From an uncultured Candidatus Saccharibacteria bacterium (GTDB lineage: Bacteria > Patescibacteriota > Minisyncoccia > UBA6257 > GWB1-50-10), in the NCBI GenBank assembly GCA_964495575.1, contig CAZBVS010000002.1, positions 1 to 51,374 on the forward strand: 51,374 nt of DNA, read 5' to 3'. This document shows positions 46,276-51,374 of the stretch, one piece after another (within the stretch, counting starts at the first letter, position 1; each line of letters opens with the position of its first letter). A program made the translations under genes and the position numbers. The notes under the pieces were generated by a model, which did not search any database, was not told the DNA's origin, and saw only the letters and a program-made list of their open reading frames with translations.

Positions 46276-47379
46276 TTATTTCAAATCATCATAATGAGCT
46301 TGAATTGTACTCGAAGATAAAACTGTATTATACACTCGAACCTCATCTATTCTTCCATTATGTAATCCTGCACTCTTTTCCCAACCTCTTGAACCAATAA
46401 CTAACTCTCTAGCCCCCAATTTCATATCCCCCGTTAAAGAACCACTTGCTACTTCTTCTCCATCTACATAAAGCTTTACATATCCCCCATTTATTCCATT
46501 TGTCACAAACGCTAAATGATACCACTGATTAATATTAATAGAAGCATAAATTGCTTCACCAACATTACTAGCACCATCATAAACTTGAGCCCTTAAAGAG
46601 CCATCATAATGAATAAACTGCCATTGATCATCACTTGAATTATCACGTTTATTTAATAACCAATTATCACCTAAACCATCAAATCTTACCCAGGCTTCAA
46701 CAGTAAGCTCACCAGTGTTATTCAAAGAATTAACCTCCACATAATCATCCGTTCCATCAAAGTCTAAACACCCCCCTGATTTACAATCGTTCCCCGACAA
46801 CCAACTAACTCCACTTATCAACTCACCATCATTTCCTTCCCCAGAAGCATCTAAAGTACTTGTTCCTACTCCTTCATCAAAATGCCAATAACCTACAACA
46901 TCATCTACCATTCTTCTTGTTACTCTACCCAAAGAATTTACAAGCACGTCCCCAGCCTGATCATTCTCATTCTCATGAGTTAAGGTAATAATCTTTCTTT
47001 CATTTAACTTACCTGTCCTGGAATCAAAAATCATATCATACGTCCTTCCTCCTGAAGGCTCAGAAAACCTTACTGGTCTTCGAAACTTTTTGCTAGTTTC
47101 GACAGTACTAGAAGAATACGTACTTCCTTTAAATAGCTCGTACCCATCCTCTCCTGTACTTGAACTATTAAACCTCACTCCCCATCCGCTACCCCCTTCC
47201 TGAACTACTGATCTATTTTGAGCACTTTTCACAACTGAGAAAACTTCATCAACTGCAAACTCCAAATCTTTTCTTTCTTTATAATTAGAATACGTCAAAA
47301 AACTACCGGTCGCTAAAACAACACCGATAGCCATAACTACAATAAACTCTATTAAAGTAAACCCATCTTGTTTTCTCAT
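46276..47379 (-). CDS. type IV pilin-like protein with a LamG/concanavalin-A-like lectin domain (paralog)
   Basis: Class III signal MRKQDG|FTLIEFIVVMAIGVVLATG. LamG-type segment CLDFDGTDDYVEV..LTVEAWVRFD..GRIDEVRVYNTVLSSSTI. Confidence 0.82.
   Translation of the reverse strand: MRKQDGFTLIEFIVVMAIGVVLATGSFLTYSNYKERKDLEFAVDEVFSVVKSAQNRSVVQEGGSGWGVRFNSSSTGEDGYELFKGSTYSSSTVETSKKFRRPVRFSEPSGGRTYDMIFDSRTGKLNERKIITLTHENENDQAGDVLVNSLGRVTRRMVDDVVGYWHFDEGVGTSTLDASGEGNDGELISGVSWLSGNDCKSGGCLDFDGTDDYVEVNSLNNTGELTVEAWVRFDGLGDNWLLNKRDNSSDDQWQFIHYDGSLRAQVYDGASNVGEAIYASININQWYHLAFVTNGINGGYVKLYVDGEEVASGSLTGDMKLGARELVIGSRGWEKSAGLHNGRIDEVRVYNTVLSSSTIQAHYDDLK
46736..46776. repeat. second copy of the nucleotide-identity island (see 45763-45803)
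   Basis: Same 35-mer, then one mismatch, then five further identical bases. Confidence 0.9.
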
Positions 47380-47384
47380 ACCTT

Positions 47385-48608
47385 TTAAAACTGAGTAGTC
47401 AACTGATAAATAGGAATGATAATAGACAAAGCAATTGTACCAATTACAAACCCGATAATAAGAAGCAATAACGGTTCTAGCAACGCAACAAGCCTCTTTA
47501 TCGAATTATCAACCTCTGTAATATAAAAATCTGCTAAGGTCCCTAAAATATTTTCAAGATGACCTGCTTGTTCAGCAATCGCGATTAAGTTTACCATTAC
47601 GTTTGGGAAAAATGGCTCTCTTCTAAAGGCTTCTCCCAATGTTAATCCCTTAGCCAAACCTTCTTTATTTATTCTCTCTAAAGCATCCTTTAACTCTACA
47701 TGCCCTGCTGCATTAGCAGTAATATTTAACACTTTATTTATCGGAATCCCTGCTTTAATCAAATTAGAGGAAGTGGAAGCAAATCTTTGTAACGCTCTTT
47801 TTTTAACAATTTCTTTTACTACTGGAATATCAGTAATAATATTCCAAACTACTTTTTGAACAAACAAAGATTTTTTATATGCCATAATAAATCCAACAAT
47901 AGCTCCTACCAACCCTCCTATCACCAAATACCAAATTTTTCCAAAGAATAACCCTACCGAAAAAACAATTTTAGAAAACAATGGCGGCTCAAAACCACTT
48001 TCCATAAACACACTTGCAATCTTTGGTAAAGCAAAAGTAACCAAAAATACTAATATTAAAACAGAAATACCAAGCAACAACACGGGATAAATCAAAGCAT
48101 TTTTAATCTTATCCTTTAACTCTTTTTCCTTATTCAAAGAAGAAGTAATATTCTGAAAAACTTGATGTAAATTCCCTGAAACCTCTCCCGCTCTTATTAA
48201 ATTAACATGAACATCGCTAAACACCTTTGGATAATTTTCAAAAGTAGAATAAAACGGAGCCCCTTTCTCTAAATTAGATCTAACCTCCATCAAGAAATCC
48301 CTTACCGCCGGCTTCTCAAAATCTTCGATAAGAATATTAATTGCCTTTAACAAGTTAGTACCAATACCAAGCATCAAAGACAAATACCGAAAAATAAATA
48401 TCTGATCTTCCATCTCTATCTTCCCTTTCCCAAAAAGATGGATTTCTTTTTTCATACCTCCTTTACCACCCTTAACAGGCTCTACACTCAAAGGCTTCAT
48501 ATTCTTGGCAGTAAGGTAGCTCAAAACATCAGAGGTTTCATTAGCCTCTACGTTTCCTTCTACTACCTCCCCGTTAGGTTTTGATGCTGTGTAATGATAT
48601 CTTGCCAT
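47385..48608 (-). CDS. pilC: type IV pilus / T2SS platform protein (GspF/PilC family)
   Basis: 407 aa. Two GspF-type repeats (LIRAGEVSGNL.., AIAEQAGHLENIL..) with three TM segments. Directly downstream of pilB. Confidence 0.9.
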   Translation of the reverse strand: MARYHYTASKPNGEVVEGNVEANETSDVLSYLTAKNMKPLSVEPVKGGKGGMKKEIHLFGKGKIEMEDQIFIFRYLSLMLGIGTNLLKAINILIEDFEKPAVRDFLMEVRSNLEKGAPFYSTFENYPKVFSDVHVNLIRAGEVSGNLHQVFQNITSSLNKEKELKDKIKNALIYPVLLLGISVLILVFLVTFALPKIASVFMESGFEPPLFSKIVFSVGLFFGKIWYLVIGGLVGAIVGFIMAYKKSLFVQKVVWNIITDIPVVKEIVKKRALQRFASTSSNLIKAGIPINKVLNITANAAGHVELKDALERINKEGLAKGLTLGEAFRREPFFPNVMVNLIAIAEQAGHLENILGTLADFYITEVDNSIKRLVALLEPLLLLIIGFVIGTIALSIIIPIYQLTTQF

Positions 48609-48634
48609 ATTACTATTATTATATACTAAAACCT

Positions 48635-50347
48635 TTACTCCCTAATAACCCTAAACACCTCTTCAACAGTAGTCATCCCCTGCTCAATCTTTTTTAAGCC
48701 ATCCTCAAACATGCTAATCATCCCGTGTTCTCTTGCTAAATCTTGCAAATCATCAAGGTTAAAGTCCTCACTATTTATAAACTTCCTTATCTCCTCATTT
48801 ATCTCCATTATCTCAAAAATACCAACTCGCCCTTTGTAACCCAAACCACTACAAGCCTCACAACCCTCTCCTTTATAGAACTTTTTAGGAATCTCTACCT
48901 CATCTTTCGGAATTTCAAGTCGTTCTAACTGATCCTTAATCGAGTTTATCACTGAATCTTCAGGTGTATACTCTTTTTTACACCTTGGACAAACCTTACG
49001 AACCAAACGCTGGGCGGTCACAAGATTCAAAACAGCCGAAACCAAGAACCTCTTCACGTTCATATCAATTAAACGAGGTACGGTGGTTGGGGCATCATTG
49101 GTATGCAAGCTGGATAGCACCAAATGACCTGTTAACGCAGACTGAACTGCAATTCCTGCTGTCTCAGAATCACGAATCTCACCTACCATAATAATGTTTG
49201 GGTCCTGACGTAAAATAGACCTTAAACCATTTGCAAAAGTAAGATCAGCTGCTGGATTTACCTGCATCTGATTAATATATCTCATATCGTACTCAATTGG
49301 ATCCTCAACAGTCACAATGTTAACCTCTGGTTGATTCAAGATATTCATAATAGAATACAACGTAGTCGTCTTACCAGAACCGGTAGGACCACACACAAGA
49401 ATCATTCCATAGCTTGTACTGATCGCATCCTTAACCATCTCTCTTGTTTGTTTAAACATCCCTAACTCCTTCAGAGAAAGTGGCTTCTGAGCCGCGTCTA
49501 ATAAACGAAGCTCTACCTTCTCACCATAGAAGGTAGGAATAACTGAAACACGAACATCAATCTCTTTATCTCCTAAATCATGACGAAATCTTCCATCTTG
49601 AGGTTTAGAATGTTCATCAATCCTTAACCCTGATAAAATCTTTATCCTTGCTACCACTGCTGGATGAATCTCCTTTGGCATCCTAACTATCTCGTGCAAA
49701 ATACCATCAATCCTAAACCTTACCAACACTATATCCTCTAATATCTCAAAATGAACATCAGAAGCTCGAGAAGAAACAGCGTAAGCAAGAAGATTATCAA
49801 CAATTGCAACGATAGGAATATCTTCGGCTGCCTCCTCTACTCCCTGAGCTTTAGAGCGCAAAGACTCCTTAATACTTTCTTCGATAACCTCCTTGAAGTC
49901 CTCAGCCTGCTTCTGACCATACATCGTATACCCTTTATTCAGATCAGACTCTTCGGCCAAATACGCTCTAATAGGGGCGCCTAACTTAACCGAAAGAAAG
50001 TTTATGGCATCTAAGTCCGCCGGATTCTCCATCGCCACGTTATACGAACCATCATCATTCTTTCCAAAAACAATTGCTCTTCTCTGTCGAGCAACATTCT
50101 CCGGCAATAAATTCAAAACTTCCTCATTAATCTCAGTCTCCTGAAGATCAACCTGGGGAACATTTAAATACTGGGAAAGAAGATCATAAAACTTTCCTTC
50201 TTTAATAATTCCTCTAGATATCAAAACATCAGAAGGATTTTGTTTCCTTCTAATAGCATCTTTATATACGGAATCGAAGGTTTGTTCGTCAGTAAAACCT
50301 TCCCCAACTATTATTTGTTTAAGCTTTTGCTTTGAAAGATTTATCAT
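48635..50347 (-). CDS. pilB: type IV pilus assembly ATPase (GspE/PilB family)
   Basis: 570 aa. N-terminal T2SSE_N-like domain. Walker A GPTGSGKTT. Asp box and His box (LTGHLVLSSLHTNDA). Tetracysteine motif CPRC..CEAC. Confidence 0.93.
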   Translation of the reverse strand: MINLSKQKLKQIIVGEGFTDEQTFDSVYKDAIRRKQNPSDVLISRGIIKEGKFYDLLSQYLNVPQVDLQETEINEEVLNLLPENVARQRRAIVFGKNDDGSYNVAMENPADLDAINFLSVKLGAPIRAYLAEESDLNKGYTMYGQKQAEDFKEVIEESIKESLRSKAQGVEEAAEDIPIVAIVDNLLAYAVSSRASDVHFEILEDIVLVRFRIDGILHEIVRMPKEIHPAVVARIKILSGLRIDEHSKPQDGRFRHDLGDKEIDVRVSVIPTFYGEKVELRLLDAAQKPLSLKELGMFKQTREMVKDAISTSYGMILVCGPTGSGKTTTLYSIMNILNQPEVNIVTVEDPIEYDMRYINQMQVNPAADLTFANGLRSILRQDPNIIMVGEIRDSETAGIAVQSALTGHLVLSSLHTNDAPTTVPRLIDMNVKRFLVSAVLNLVTAQRLVRKVCPRCKKEYTPEDSVINSIKDQLERLEIPKDEVEIPKKFYKGEGCEACSGLGYKGRVGIFEIMEINEEIRKFINSEDFNLDDLQDLAREHGMISMFEDGLKKIEQGMTTVEEVFRVIRE

Positions 50348-50349
50348 AT

Positions 50350-50916
50350 CTATATCACTATATTAATAAGTATAACTAATATCCCCACTGGAAGCCACAA
50401 TGAATAAAGTGGCATCCTTTCTTTAATCCCAAAAAACTTCTCTCTCACAAATGAAATACTCAAAGAAATCACCGCCATTAACAATAGATACCAAACCCAA
50501 CCCCAATACCAATTAGGATTCCCTAACAGAAATATTGATAAAGCAGCAAAATAAGGTTCCTCATTTTCAAAAAATCTAAACCCTTTCTTTCTGTTAAACT
50601 TCTTAGAAAGATACAAAAACAAAATCGCAACTCCAAAGGAAATTAAATAGTACAAACCAAAACGAATAAAGTGATGATTCAATAAGTAAAAAATATTTTC
50701 ATACGGTGGTAAAAAATAAACAAAAGGAGTTCCATTAGTTTTCCAAATAAAATACTGGGCCACGGTTAGAAACACATAATACAGAAAAACCATCCCAGAT
50801 GATCCAAAAAACAAAAACTTAACCCAGAACTCAGATCTAGCACTGGACCTTTCCCAAAATACTTGAATAACTAATCCTAATAAAAAAATTCCCAAACTCA
50901 AATAAATAGCACTCAT
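50350..50916 (-). CDS. polytopic membrane protein, hypothetical (occupies the slot where a prepilin peptidase is often found, but contains no aspartate)
   Basis: 188 aa, about 6 hydrophobic segments, Trp/Tyr-rich (NPNWYWGWVWYLL). Zero Asp residues, so it is not an A24 aspartic peptidase. Confidence 0.55.
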   Translation of the reverse strand: MSAIYLSLGIFLLGLVIQVFWERSSARSEFWVKFLFFGSSGMVFLYYVFLTVAQYFIWKTNGTPFVYFLPPYENIFYLLNHHFIRFGLYYLISFGVAILFLYLSKKFNRKKGFRFFENEEPYFAALSIFLLGNPNWYWGWVWYLLLMAVISLSISFVREKFFGIKERMPLYSLWLPVGILVILINIVI

Positions 50917-50932
50917 ATATATTATTATAACA

Positions 50933-50964
50933 ACAAATTAAAAACGGCTAAATAATTAGCCGTT
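50933..50964 (-). terminator. intrinsic terminator after the pilin gene
   Basis: On the minus strand: AACGGCTAA-TTAT-TTAGCCGTT followed by TTTTTAATTT. Confidence 0.7.
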
Positions 50965-50988
50965 TTCCACTAACTTAAAATCTCTTCT

Positions 50989-51374
50989 TTACCACAGATC
51001 TAAAGAAGGATCATTCCCTATCTCATACCAACCACTATCCTCTCCTCCATCAGTGCTCTCTACATCACTTCCTCCATCATTTGCATATCGGGTGCTCTCC
51101 ATCTTCGTCGCGATCTCATACTCCATACTATCATTAGCTTTATACGCATAAAACCAGTCAGTATCATTTACCGGATCAAGTGGTAATCGAGATAAAGGAG
51201 ACCCGCTAGAAATACTCGTAAAATCAATATTTACCCAACCACCACCATCTACAGCTGTAGAGGTCGTGACTGTAGTACAACTCCCAGAAGGAAGTGTACC
51301 ATCAGCTGTACACCTACTTGTGTTTGTAAAACTTGGACTATTAGTATCTGCTAAATACAATGCTATTGCGCTAT
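50989..51374 (-). CDS. C-terminal part of a probable secreted/pilin-type protein (5' end lies beyond the window)
   Basis: The frame is open to the right edge, and the ORF-track start at 51360 is an internal TTG. Ser/Thr/Gly/Asp-rich. First gene of the pil string, with its own terminator as for major pilin genes. The N-terminus is not visible. Confidence 0.4.
   Translation of the reverse strand, partial: SAIALYLADTNSPSFTNTSRCTADGTLPSGSCTTVTTSTAVDGGGWVNIDFTSISSGSPLSRLPLDPVNDTDWFYAYKANDSMEYEIATKMESTRYANDGGSDVESTDGGEDSGWYEIGNDPSLDLW

Noticed and set aside
45763-46776. Possibility that the shared 35-mer marks a diversity-generating retroelement (TR/VR pair)
   Set aside because: The window contains no reverse transcriptase. 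The shared stretch is short and identical rather than differing at adenine positions. Both copies are in-frame parts of full-length genes.
50350-50916. Calling the 188-aa membrane protein a prepilin peptidase (PilD) from its position
   Set aside because: A24 peptidases need two catalytic aspartates. This protein has none and is also about 60 aa shorter than typical PilD.

Overview
AT-rich (roughly one-third GC by eye) bacterial chromosomal segment. Gene content and style fit a reduced-genome Patescibacteria/CPR-type organism; this is an inference from the compact housekeeping genes, prepilin-LamG fusion proteins, sparse Shine-Dalgarno use and tight gene packing. The standard code applies, since TGA is used as a stop (for example folA-like at 5869-5871 and pcm at 14688-14690). 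Left third: parB (start codon unresolved), rel/spoT, a CIRCE-controlled groES-groEL, a DHFR-like gene, topA and dprA. Middle, mostly on the plus strand: tRNA-Ile(GAU), tRNA-Ala(UGC), wecB-murA, pcm, scpA-scpB, a DD-carboxypeptidase, mraY, a degenerate amidohydrolase, ftsW, pgk, a DHH phosphoesterase, rnhA and RNase P RNA. Coding polarity flips at about 23.7-25 kb. This stretch holds a stand-alone PD-(D/E)XK nuclease, a small membrane protein, a Xer-like tyrosine recombinase and a 622-bp non-coding AT-rich stretch with a phased five-unit iteron array. From 25 kb to the right edge all 22 CDS lie on the minus strand: small secreted protein, M23 peptidase, gltX, rpsR-ssb-rpsF, rpoC-rpoB, mltG, rodA, tpiA. 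The block ends in a type IV pilus-like operon (pilin fragment, PilB, PilC, two prepilin-LamG proteins) that also carries a membrane-anchored HerA/VirD4-type P-loop ATPase and several uncharacterised proteins. That pilus-plus-translocase cluster is my best candidate for an undescribed system. Secondary candidates are a promoter-hairpin-terminator RNA element upstream of wecB, the iteron array, and the parB start anomaly. No CRISPR array, rRNA, transposase or reverse transcriptase was seen.
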